From NCBI GenBank assembly GCA_032718475.1, contig JAUCBJ010005314.1, positions 1 to 37,971 on the forward strand: a stretch of 37,971 nucleotides of DNA. The letters are read 5' to 3'. Shown here piece after piece: positions 1 through 12,035 of the stretch. Numbering within the stretch: position 1 is the first letter of the stretch; every line of letters begins with the position of its first letter. The stretch comes from Nemertoderma westbladi (taxonomy: Eukaryota; Animalia; Xenacoelomorpha). A program made the translations under genes and the position numbers. The notes under the pieces were generated by a model. The model did not search any database. It was not told where the DNA came from and saw only the letters and a list, made by a program, of their open reading frames with translations.

Positions 1-485
1 CAGTATACTGAAAATGGTTAGCGATACCATAATTAGATTATCGATAGGGATGCGGCTTCCTTAAATGAGGCAATCCTGACGCAGCACAAAGAATTTTAAA
101 AGGGGCCCCGATAAATTGCTCATTCATGCGTAACTGGTAACCTAGGCGATAGCTTGTCTTAAGTTTAGGCCCTTTGCTAACATTAACTCCAAAATAGTTA
201 CCAGTAGGGGAGCTGTATACCCTATGGCTAAATAAGGCTGCAAGTCTATGGTTAGATGCTTCCAATAATGATCTCATTTAGTAGCGGTAAGTAATATAAA
301 AACTAATTAATCTAAAAATAGAAATCAATATATAAAATAAAAGTAATACAATTAATTAATTTAAAATAAAGTACAAATGAATAAATAAAGTAAAATAGAA
401 TACAATTAATTAATTAAAATTAAATAAAATAAATAGGTATTAATGAATAAAAGAGCTGCGGTGTCACTTATGACACCCTCTTCCC

Positions 486-779
486 CCGGCTCTGCGACAG
501 TTGGACAACACTGATGACCCATTGTGTGTCAGGGCGCTAATCAGTCTGATTAATTAGGATAATCAATTAAACCCTAATTAGGAGTCATATGACACCTGTT
601 AGGGTTTAATTGTACTAATTAATTGATGACACCTGTCAATTAGGGTCTAATTAGCCTAATTGGGAGGTGTCACCCAGACAGTCTGGCGCCAATGACACCC
701 AATGACACCCATAGGGTGATAATTGGGTGTCATATGACACCCAATGGGTGTCAGTGGGGTCCAACTGTCGCAGAGCCGG
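486..779. mobile_element. MITE / non-autonomous DNA transposon (294 bp) with ~45-bp imperfect TIRs
   Basis: CCGGCTCTGCGACAGTTGGAC (486-506) is the exact reverse complement of 759-779, and similarity extends to ~45 bp. The interior is built of TGACACC/GGTGTCA and AATTA motifs in both orientations, with no ORF. TSD is ambiguous (possibly CC). Confidence 0.8.
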
Positions 780-789
780 CCAAGACCCT

Positions 790-2986
790 ACTACTTGCGA
801 GGCATACAGCTCGTTCAACCTAATTGGTTCGGACCACAGAATTGTGGACTGCAGAAATCAGACTCAGTTTGAGAGCCAGCAAACCCAGGACAAGCAAGCA
901 AATCAACTATGACTGGGAGAAACTCAGAACTGACAATGCTGTAAAGGATGCTTATACAGTAGAAGTTCAAAACCGCTTTGAAGCACTTCAGTCAATGGAT
1001 GAAGACCAATCCACCGTTTCAATATACCAGAATATAATAACAGCCCACAAGGAATCAGCTAAGAGGCATATCCCCCAGAAACCTAAACGAAAACAGTATG
1101 TGCCATGTCAAATCTCTGAGGTTACTTGTAAGAGAGAAGATCTTAAGATAGCCTACAAAGTTAAAACCGAACAACCAACAACCGAAAACATTAACAAGGT
1201 TGAGAAAGCTAAGGACGATCTTAAATTGGCCTACAACATCAGCCAGGAAAAGTACATACAGGATAAAACTGAAGCAATTACAACTGCTCACATACAGCAA
1301 CAATCAAGACTTACCTGGCAAACTGTAAATGAGGTATCTGGTCGGAAAAGTTGTGCAAAGGGGCGCCTCAAAGCCGATAGTCCTGAAGAACGTGTTGGGA
1401 AGTGGAAAAATCACTTCAGCAACTTGCTTGGGCAGCCACCAAACATCGAGGTCAGCCCTACAAGGAAAATATATGACAAGACACTACCTATAGAAACAGG
1501 GGACTTCACACCTGCCGTACTCCAAAGAAGCATTAAAAGCATGTCCAATAATAAAGCGAGTGGATTAGATGAAATCCCAGCGGAGGTATGGAAAACCGGA
1601 GTGCTAAATAGACCATTATTGAATGTTTGCAACCGGATGTTAAAAGGGGAAAAGCCACCACCAATTTGGACTAAAGGTCAACTAAAGGCCTCTCCCCAAG
1701 AAAGGAGACCTCGGCATACCAACAAACTATCGTGGGATATGTCTGCTTGTGGTAGCTGCCAAAATATACAATAAAATGATTCTATATAGGATTAGGCCTC
1801 ACATAGAGAAACTACTGCGTAAGAGCCAAAACGGATTTCGACCAAGTAGATCAACAATAGCTCAGATACTTGCACTACGGAGACTGATTGAAGGAATTAA
1901 GTCAAAGAATCTCCCCGCAGTCATGACTTTTGTGGACTTCAAGAAGGCATTCGACTCCATCCATAGAGGATACCATTATGGAATACCAGCAGTAATTGTT
2001 GCTGGCATTGGATTGTTATATTGTGACACAGAAGCGCAGGTACTCTCACCAGATGGTGAAACTGAGTTTTTCTCAATCCTGGCTGGCGTATTGCAAGGTG
2101 ACACATTAGCACCACTACTATTTGTAATTGTGCTGGGTTACGCAATGAGGACGGCCACAAAGGGTGAAGATCTGGGATTCACACTTCAAGAACGCAGAAG
2201 TAGTAGATATCCGGCAACTACAGTCACAGACACCGACTTTGCGGATGACATCGCCCTGCTCTCTAATACGCTAGCAGATGCACAGCTTCTACTAAATAAA
2301 GTGGAGAGGGCTGCTAAGGAGGTTGGATTGCATATAAATGCTACAAAGACCGAATTCATGACCTTTAATGTTGATGGAAACTTGACAACCATTGATAATA
2401 ATCAACTCGGAAGGTCGATGACTTCCAGTACCTTGGATCATGGATAGAGAGTAGCAAAAAGGACATAGAAGTTAGGAAAGCAAAGGCTTGGGTAGCTCTA
2501 TCAAAAATGGATACCATCTGGAAATCAGATCTCTCCAGGCACCTGAAGACTAAGTTCTTTCAAACTACAGTGGAAAGTGTATTTTTATACGGGGGTGAGA
2601 CCTGGACACTGACTAAATCACTTGAACAACGAATTGATGGTTGCTACACAAGACTACTAAGGGCAGTCCTAAACATCAGCTGGAGACAACACATGACAAA
2701 CGCCGAGCTTTATGGTACAATACCACCTGTATCAACCACCCTCCGTGAACGCAGATTAAGATTTAGTGGGCACTGCTGGCGAAGTAAAGACGAGGTCATA
2801 CCAGATCTACTTTTCTGGCAACCAACTCATGGAAAGCGTAGTCGTGGACGACCTGCCATAACATATATAGATCAACTTGAAAGGGATACTGAACTTGGGA
2901 GAAACGAAATTGCGACAACTATGGAGAATCGGGAAGCCTGGAAGGATCTCATTTCCACTGTCCGAGTTCGCTCGACCTAGTAGTAG
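790..2986 (+). mobile_element. RTE-clade non-LTR retrotransposon, 5'-truncated and frameshifted (APE endonuclease C-terminus + reverse transcriptase)
   Basis: APE end CEAYSSF..IGSDHRIV. RT motifs KASGLDEIPAEVWK, QNGFR, FVDFKKAFDS, GVLQGDTLAP, DFADD and C-terminal LYGGETWTL..RRLRFSGHCWR..RGRP are split over ORFs 824-1774, 1749-2447 and 2507-2980. The stop codon runs straight into a (TAG)3 tail at 2978-2986. Confidence 0.93.
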
Positions 2987-3892
2987 TAATGATGATGGGG
3001 TGATGATAACTCCACCTACTGGCTCCAGAAGTCGAGGAAATCCTGCCAAGTACCTAACTGATCTAGACTTTGCTGATGACTTAGGAGTACTCTCAGAATC
3101 ATTAGAGGGAGCCCAAGGCTCCTCAGCTCATTAGAACATGCTGCTTCTAGTGTTGGTCTTTTTATTAACTCCAGAAAGACCAAAATTTTGACAGTTAACT
3201 TTGAAAGTCCTCAGCAAGTCTCTGATCGGATGAGCATAAGCTCAAAGGATGGTATTCTTGAGCATGTGGACGACTTCTGTTACCTGGGATCATGGATCCG
3301 GAAGTCAGGTGAGGACCTTCGAATACGTAAGGGAAAGGCATGGGCAGCCTTGAATAGGCTTTCCAGGATTTGGAAGTCACCGAGAATTAATCGGAAACTT
3401 AAGGTCCGATTATTTAGAGCTGCAGTAGTTACAGTACTCCTCTATGGGAGTCCATGCTGGGCTCTAACTGCTGAGGACACCAAATCTCTGGATGGCAGAT
3501 TCACAAAAATGCTACGCCGGGTTCATTGTGTCAAGTACAATGCACACATCTCCAATAAGACACTATATAACATTGGAGGTGTCTCATTGGTTTCCCCAAG
3601 CTTGACACTAGAACAAAATCTCCTCCGCTTTGCAGGACATTGCTTTCGCCGTGAGGACCAGCCAGTGCATAATCTTGTACTTTGGCAGCCTCATGGAGTG
3701 AATAAGCATGGTGGACAGCCCATGACTTTCTTGAGACGCATCTTAAAGGACACTGACCTTGAAGATGCGGATGATCTAGCAAATGTCATGGGTGATAGGG
3801 AGTTGTGGCGGCGCAATTTTGTCGACAAGCCGGAACAGCATTCTTAAAAATGCAGCTGCAATGCAGCATGCCGATCCTAGTAGTAGTAGTAG
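2987..3892 (+). mobile_element. Second, divergent RTE-clade LINE 3' fragment (RT C-terminal half)
   Basis: LTDLDFADD, FCYLGSWI, LLYGSPCWAL and LRFAGHCFR across ORFs 2877-3134 and 3188-3847 (frameshifted). Short 3' UTR, then (TAG)5 at 3878-3892. Confidence 0.9.
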
Positions 3893-4072
3893 TTTTAAAT
3901 AATAGGCCTAAAAATTGTAATAATTAGAACTTTGTGTGACTAACTACGACAATCCCCTGTCTAACTAACGAACAGTAAATTGATCAAGGTCATTCTTAAC
4001 ATTCGGATCATTAAAGTTGTCCGTGAATTCACACTTACGTTTTGGGTCATCCAAGTATTACCGTCATCACCT

Positions 4073-4315
4073 GGGGGTGGGTGGGCTTGGGTTGACACAT
4101 GATTATTGGGGGGGGGGGGGGGGGGGGGGTGGGCTTGGGCTCGGTGATGACACATGATTATGGGGGGGGGGGGTGGGCTTGGGCGGACACATGATTATGG
4201 GGGGGTGGGCTTGGGCTCGGTGATGAGACATGATTATGGGGGGGGGGGGGGGGGGGGGAGGGGGTGGGCTTGTTCTCGGTGATGACAAATTATTATGGGG
4301 GGGGGGGGGGGGGGG
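4073..4315. repeat. G-rich minisatellite, CATGATTAT-(G)n-TGGGCTTGGG-CTCGGTGATGACA, ~6 variable units
   Basis: Repeated unit with variable poly-G (up to ~20 nt) is directly visible. G-quadruplex potential. Confidence 0.85.
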
Positions 4316-4449
4316 TTGGAGAAAAAATAAATTTTCAAAAAAATTGGTATTGGAATTCTTTGAAAATAATAATTCTGCATCAAAAAGTTTATGAAAGTTT
4401 GTTAAAAATTTTAGAATAAGTACAAAATAGTTAACATACACATACACAC

Positions 4450-5960
4450 CCCAACATACATTCACATATACAATACTAATTCTCGACCACCTAGCGGTCT
4501 CAATTTTTAAGTTATGAGACATTAACCGTAAACGTGTAAACCAAATTCGCAAATAATCCGGCACAAAAGATTTCATAGGTGTATAAATAGGATGCGGTAC
4601 TAATTGCACATTAATTTCGCTGCGATATGTTAAAAATTTAGTAGCACTAAGTGGTTTACTTAAAATACGGTTTCTACTTTATATTAAAGGGTCTACTGCA
4701 TCACAAGTGTAGGCGTCCATTAATGCTTTGTAACCAGGAGTGTTCGCCAATTTGCACAATTCAAAGTCTTTATGAAACGGTAACTCGTAATCTATTTCTT
4801 TAAACATCTTAGACATAAAACGTTTTCTAGCGCTGTTACTGTGATTAAATATTTAAGATTTGGTACACCTAATTCTACAAGACAAACATCTGTTGGTGTT
4901 TGACATCTCACACCGAGTAAATTTTTTACAATCTTGCAATAAAATTTTTCTAGTTGTTAAGTATTTCTTGTTAACCAAGCTTCAGACCCATATAACAATC
5001 CCGACATTACCGCCGCATCAAATACGCGTTTCTTTAATACAAATGGAAGGCTCGTGTTTACTCCCGCAAAAATACTAAATTTATTAACGGTCTCTTCACA
5101 TCGCAACTGATGCATAGAGATAGTACCGGTACTTGTTACCTTCCCATCCGACGTAAACGGCACGGCCAAATATACATAATTGTCGCAATGATTGACAACC
5201 AAATTATTTACAACAAGAGGTCCTCTATCATAGAGGTTGCCATTTATTGTAAAGAATTTGGTCTTTTTCTCATTGATTTCCATCCCGTAAGTACTGTAGT
5301 ACAAAAAAGTACTAAGGCATTTAATTTCTTCAGCGCATTAACCTTATTTGATGCAAAAATTATAGTATCGTCCATTAGTAACAGAATATATGTATTCCTC
5401 CTAAAAACCCATCTTCCCTTACAGCTGATCGCACCATACTGTATGTACTACTGTAGTTTATCAATATAGATACAAAATAATATAACGCTCGAGGGCGCCC
5501 CCTGGCGGACACCTACCTTAGTTAGGAACAATGCAGATTTCAAAATATGTTTCGTACAGTTATATACTGCCTTTATTGCTAATAACATAACTTTACAACA
5601 ACCGCGTGATTTTAATGTTTGTAGCAAAAGATCCCGTGGTACCCGATCATACGCTTTTTTGAAATCTACGAATAGGCCTATTATATACAACCTTAGTTTC
5701 TTGTGTACAGCATAGTCTATCAGTAAACGAAGCGCAACAAGATGTTCCGTGCATCCCCTGTTAGGTAAACCCCCGGCCGACATTTATCTAGGTTACTCCA
5801 TCTTAGCAGTCTCTTTGCTAATAATAAATCGTACACTTTCGCTGCAGTTGACATGATAGATATTCCTCTATAATTGCCACATACAACACGGCTACCCGAT
5901 TTAAAAACCACAAGTAATACATAGCTGTTATTGGTGATGCGCAAGTACTCGGCACTTTTT
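4450..5960 (-). mobile_element. Decayed non-LTR retrotransposon RT region (RTE-X-like)
   Basis: Minus-strand fragments NYRGISI, FVDFKKAYDRVPR, GVRQGAPSS..LF, LMDDT (after frame repair), YGMEINEKKTK, LLYGSEAW and C-terminal FTRLRLMSHNLKIETARWSR. Many frameshifts. Clade assignment is by motif resemblance only. Confidence 0.85.
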
Positions 5961-7649
5961 GTTCTAAAATCGTCCATATATATAATATAAATATAATATA
6001 TATTATAATATATCGTTCTCGACGTCTTTGCAATGTCATCTTAAGCTATTTCAGTCGGTACCAGTAATTTTCAGTAGGCCTATGTAGTGCTTGGATTTCA
6101 AACCTTGGACCATGGCGAACTTAAACCGCTGAAGGTCGATCCGAAAAGAAATTAGATCAAAGGCAAAATTGATCCAAGGCGAACTTACAGTAAATCAAAG
6201 GAGGGTGGTTGAACTAGTTACCGCTAATGATGGACGCCTTTTTCCATTTCTGAACAAAAATCATATTAATATATTTATTCTTTAAAAGTTCTTTAAAAAA
6301 TTATTTATTAAAGTAAAGAACGATAACGATTAACGACAAAGTAGGCCTACGTTCTGATCAACCTACAGTACAGTATAGTGTAGTCAGTCAATAATAAATA
6401 TAATTCACATACTGGTGTCACTGATTGTACTTTAATAGGCCGTCAAATGGTAAACATTAACCCCTTAGCAAAGATGCTAAAAATAGCTCAATATAGATGA
6501 AAGACAATTTCACGTTCACCTTGAAAATTGAATAGCTACCTCTAATGTATATAATGTGGGGTCATGTTCCCACTGAAGTATCGTGCATAGTTTTATCACT
6601 CAAATAACTAATAAAGTCTGTTGGTACAGTAGCAAAGCATTTACAAATCAGGGATGGGGTCAATAAGCTGCTGTTAATATTAACGGAGACATTACAAACC
6701 TATGTACAGTAAATTGCTACAATACAGTATGCTAATAGGCCTACTACACCGACATGAATATGATGATTAATATTTTCGCGACTCATTAATATTTGAGACC
6801 CTCTCTCTATATTTGCGCGCATCAATGTCTGATTCCCTCAATACTGTATATTTCTACAGTATACATCGTATAAGTCAGTAAGACCTTACTGTCTTGCGAA
6901 AATATGCATATATTTATACAATACAAAAATCGAATTTTATTTAACCATCTGAAAGAACACACGAAATATTTCGTACTGTAGGTGTACTGTATGTTTTGCA
7001 TGGCTAGGGCCCGACCATTAGAGAATTAAAACATCCTAAAAAATATTACATAAAATATCATGAAAATATAAGGACAGGGTTGGACCGGCACTGGGACGGG
7101 AACTTTAGGGGCAAGACAGTACAGTTCTTCAATTTTAATGAATGCGAGTTTATGGACCTGTTTTTAGGAGTTTCTGGGACCGGGTTTAGGAATTTTCATG
7201 TGGACTGGGCAAAAATTGGACCAACCCGGTTTTACGTTACCGGGACCGGCCCAGGTTTTAGACAGTCCACTATAGATATGTTCAGAGGACATCTAGCGCC
7301 CATCTCTGCTAAATTGTAATACTAATACGGTTGGTGCTCGGTGCTTCTGTACTTGGGAGATTGTGCGGCGGTTCTGAAATGGGAGGTCCGTTGTCGCTCT
7401 AGACAAAGTTACTGTACATGTCGATTATGGATTGATACGCAATGGATTTATAGCGAAGGGACACTTGATAACAAACTGTCATGTATTAATTGCACTTATA
7501 TTAATTGCACTTATGAGTTATTTTGTACTTATATGTCCATGCAAAGCCTTCCAGGCACATTAACACCGCTCGTAACCAGTTCCAGAGTTCTAGAGTGCTC
7601 CTCCCATACCCTCCAGAAACCATCTCATCTCCTTGCCCCTATCATCGTC

Positions 7650-8432
7650 TTACCTTGGTCGTTTTCTTCCCTCCTGTTTGCTCTTGAGGATACTCATCCG
7701 CGCTGATACCGTCTTACCAAGCCCCGTTGTTGGATCCTTGGGCACGGGCGTTATCAATTCACGGTATCGTTTCGCAGGTGGTCCCACTGAGTGCTCCTTC
7801 TGCTTCCCTCTGGTAGCGTCCCACAAGATCATCTTCACCCCACGCGGCACATGCTCTGCCAGAAAGTTCCTGAATTCCATTCTGTTCTCTGTTGACCATC
7901 TGTCTAGATATCTTTGGGTGTTAATAACCCCTCCATGTGATGCCGCTGTTGCTACCTCCGGATATGTGAATGGTAGTCTCCTCTTAGTAATCTCCTGGCG
8001 GGCCTGTATGTTGATGTTGAAAAACCACCACCGGAACTCCTGGGCCTTCATCCTTTGCCTAGTCATGACTCCGACGTCGGCCCAGTCCTCATAAATACGG
8101 AACTTCTCCACATCGTCCATCCAGTCACACTGGTGCTCAAAATGCCCCCTAAACTTACACTTCGTACACCTATGATGCAGCCTTGGGCACGCACCCATCC
8201 TATGGGTAGACTCGTGGCAATATAGACATGTCGCCCCCTTCTGGTAGCGATACAGACAATTATTCTGCTGATGGGTTAGTCTCCCACAGTAGACGCACCC
8301 GTCTATTACTGTCTCTCGCCCTAACTCGTCCTTGACTCTGCGTAGCCTCCTGGGTCTATGAAGCCATTGATACGTGAACATTTGAACCTTGTCCTCCCTA
8401 CCCATGTTGATGTCCTCCTCCTCCCTCGGCAT
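7650..8432 (-). CDS. Triple CCHC zinc-knuckle ORF (Gag/nucleocapsid-like); probably the 3' part of a disrupted ORF reaching ~9400
   Basis: Three C-x2-C-x4-H-x4-C motifs (CVYCGRLTHQQNNC, CLYCHESTHRMGAC, CTKCKFRGHFEHQC) and a basic C-terminus GRKRPR. Upstream 8433-9400 reads as coding-like acidic/basic segments broken by stops and frameshifts. Confidence 0.6.
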   Translation of the reverse strand: MPREEEDINMGREDKVQMFTYQWLHRPRRLRRVKDELGRETVIDGCVYCGRLTHQQNNCLYRYQKGATCLYCHESTHRMGACPRLHHRCTKCKFRGHFEHQCDWMDDVEKFRIYEDWADVGVMTRQRMKAQEFRWWFFNINIQARQEITKRRLPFTYPEVATAASHGGVINTQRYLDRWSTENRMEFRNFLAEHVPRGVKMILWDATRGKQKEHSVGPPAKRYRELITPVPKDPTTGLGKTVSARMSILKSKQEGRKRPR

Positions 8433-11400
8433 CGTCTATCCCAAACACTACTTATTGTGCTGCCCCCGGTTGGTTGCCTAGCCGAATTGTGTTCACTGGG
8501 AAGTTCGTTGCCGGCTCCCCATGCTCCCAGGCTCGCTTGCTGGTTGCTGCAAAAGGCTCTCGCCCCGCTGGCTGGCTGTCACCACTCTCCCGTCCACCCA
8601 GTCCGTGTCCACCTGGCCGATTCTCTCTATTGGTGGCATCTCCCCAAACTCTACTTCCTCTGCCACAAGCGGCTCCAAACCTGGGATCTCGGTTGATTCA
8701 CCATGTCCCTTCCCAGCCTGGTACTCGCCCGTAACCCTCCACCCCTACATCGCTCTTGGCCTCTTCCTTCCAAAGTCGCCCTCGGACCTCCCAGGTATCG
8801 GCATTCCCTGCAATCCAGATGTAGACAGTATCGGTGTCTCTTCCATCCAATCCACCTCATCCCCTAGCCGAAACTCACCCAAGGTCTCCGATCCCCACCT
8901 CAACACATCCAAATCTTGGGCCTCAAAATCATATTCCCCTCCCCTTATGTCTGCCTCCTCTACGTGCTGCCTCCCTCCTCTCTTTCCTGGCGACTTCCTC
9001 TAGCTTTCTTTCCTCCTCTCTATCCACCTCACATTTCTTCCATTGTCTGTACGGTGTGTCTACTTCTCTGTCCACCAGGTGTCAAGTAATATAATACACT
9101 GACTCGCCCTTCTGCCCCGGGTGGTCTACAAGACCATCTTGGGCTACCTTAAAGGCTCTCGTGTGGTTCAGAACTGCTCCCATAAGTAGAAACACCGTCG
9201 GCTCCCTGCTGATAACCACTGTTATAAATAGGTTCACCATCCCTATCATTATCCAGTCCTCCTGTAAGATATATCTCTTCTGATATATCTTTATCACCCC
9301 CTTTCAGAAGTGATATAACTCTTCCTTTCCTGGTCTCGCTCCCCACTTGAGTGAATTCGCAAGTTCCACCCCGTATTCCTCTCGGAACTTGTTAATCCGG
9401 CTCTCTCATTGGTTTAGCTATTTAGGTTGGTTTAATTGCAGTAGGATTTTGTTCGACCAATGGTTTAGACATTACGTCATTCTTACAGTTTTGTTGTTGT
9501 GATTTATTAATTCTTCTTATGATTTTGTACTTCCGTTGATTGTAAATGCTGATTTCTGCTGTTACTGTTGCTTGATTTATGACTTTGAATAATGATTACT
9601 GCTTGAACTGATTCTTGATTTCTTTAATCTTTGCAATGTAGAAAATTATATAAGGATTTCCTTTCTACTGTCAGACTGTTTTGCTAATGCTTGCACCAAT
9701 ATGGTAATTGCTCACTTTCTGACTTTAGCATGTTGGGCTAAGGGTACCAGTAGGCGTTGAGGGCGCACTGTGGAAGCGACGGAAGGAGAGGTGGAGGATC
9801 CAATGTGCGGCAATGCTGACAGAGGCCGGTAGTTGCGGTCGGGCGAACCAGAGTGGAAGACCGGGGACCGGTCGTCATTACGGCTGTTAGGGGGCTGGCG
9901 AACAAGATTTCGTCTCAGTATTGTAGCACTTGGATTTTAGTGGGTTTAGCTAGGAGAACCATATTTAGCTTGGGTGACCTTGGCTTATTACACTAGTGCT
10001 ATGTCAGTGCTACAAACGCCACTAACAATGTTAATGTATTGGTGGTTTACTGTTGTAAATGCTGCTTTATGTTGTGTTGTTTAGAAAGTGCCTGATTGGA
10101 TAGGCGCTATTCTCTTGATTGTTTCTATTTCTAATTTATGCTTGTTAATTGCTGTTAGGTCAAATAATACAGTATTTAGACTGTTGCTAGTATAACTCAG
10201 TAGCGTAATTAATTAGTAATACGTATTCTGGAATATTTAGTAATTAGTATGCAACTCTGTGTATTTGAGACACTGTAATTTACTTTAGCACTTAGAGTAA
10301 AATTAAGAGTTTGTACGCTGCATAGCGGAGAATAGTTTGGGTAGATTACGTTTAGAAATACTTTAGGATATTCGACGCTAGGCGGTTATTTGAGAGTAGC
10401 AGGTCAGCAGGTTTACAGCGGTAGCTAGGGTAGCGCAGTAGTGATATCGCTGAGTTAAATCAGCGCAAGGTCAAAGTTTCGACATTAGGAAATTAATACC
10501 CCATCTTTTGCATATTAAAATATTCTCACATTCGTTATTGTTCCACCCAGCAAACTGCCTGTATTTCTCTGTGGAAAGTGAACGCCGAGTGCTAAGTCAC
10601 CCACACTCATATTAAGTAGCTTAGGAAGCCAATTCAGATTTATTGTTTTGGTAATTTCTGTTTGGCTTATAAATTAGAACGATTAGCTCTCTGTTGGGAT
10701 GTCGACAGAGAAAGGAGCATGTATGATTGGCAGAGCCATACATGGTTTAACACTAATTATTTGCTTCCCTAACGTTCACATTAATTATACCATCACTAGC
10801 CTCACCATGATTATTTGTTATGTTATATTATTTAAATTATTCTGATTATTTTTACCAGGATTATTTATTATATTATTATTTATCGACTACTACTAACATT
10901 ATTGTTATAACGAACCTGTCTTTAGACTGGGTAGTTTTTGTCTAAAGCTGAGGCCGGCAAAAACACGATGGATATATATATTTATATATTTACCTATATC
11001 ACTATATATGTCACTATGTATGTTCACCAAATGGCTTGAAACCACTTGCATGCATTGTAAAATTGTAAACGCAAGTATTTATTAATTGTTGTCTAGTTGT
11101 TGAATAAAAAAGTTGGGAACGATTCGAAGTGCGATATTCGAAATATTTGCATATTTTCAACATTATTGAACGCGAAATTAAATACCCACAACTCCCTTGC
11201 TTGAAATGTTTTTCAGGTGATTGATATTTAGCAATTATTATGAGGTTACTTACTACTGAAATCTGACAGAATGCCAAACGTATTATTATAGTTCTATCTC
11301 TATTCAGCCAGTTAGTGTAATGTCAAGCAGTACATCATTTATATATCGTATGTATCTATAGGGCCTAATTGTCATCGTTATAATACTGTCATCAACTTAG

Positions 11401-12035
11401 GCTAAGCTCAATTGGAATGCAAAGGCTTAGAAGGGTTTTGTATATCTGGGACGTTTACAACAGCTGTCGATTAAACTAACAAAACCATAAAACTGAACCA
11501 GGGTGGCTGCCAGCCGGGTACCAACGGCTGTTGGGTAGACTTAAGGGAACATTTCACAAACTTTCATAGGAGGCATGTACATGTACATTATATTGGTTGC
11601 TCCGATGTTTTTATTAGGCTAACTGAGAATGTATCAGGTATAAATACTGTAATTATAGTGTTCTTTATTTTATTTATCTAATACAGAAAAGACCCCTCCG
11701 CAGAATAAACTGCTCTTTTGGGCCGTTTCTCAGGTTGCGGATATGGATACCATTTCACACATCGTAGTAATTGTGATTATGATTTGTTTGCCTAGGCGAA
11801 TGTGTATTACATTAGATGGGAGGCAGTTTTTTGGTTGATGCAAGTCATTCTTGGTTGCATCTTCCAATCCCATCTGTTTCTTGGAGTCTGTGTAAGACAG
11901 GTTCGTTTAAAGCCATCTTGATGGCGTTCTAGTTTAAATTATTTTGATTATTTGTCATACTAACATTAGGATTACTATTATTTGTTAAAACATTATTTCC
12001 TGTAAGAAATGTCTCATTGTTATTAGAGTTATCCA

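Noticed and set aside
286-452. AT-rich short direct repeats (TACAATTAATTAATT x2)
   Set aside because: Low-complexity sequence with no further structure.
955-961. TACAGTA inside the younger RTE LINE as a footprint
   Set aside because: It lies in an uninterrupted frame (YTVEV) and removing 5 bp would break it; chance match.
3961-4609. Proline-rich minus-strand ORFs
   Set aside because: The poly-Pro comes from the poly-G minisatellite; only the 4450-4609 part is LINE-derived.
10909-11907. 14-bp inverted repeat AACGAACCTGTCTT / AAGACAGGTTCGTT bounding ~1 kb
   Set aside because: No convincing TSD or internal structure; too weak to call an element.
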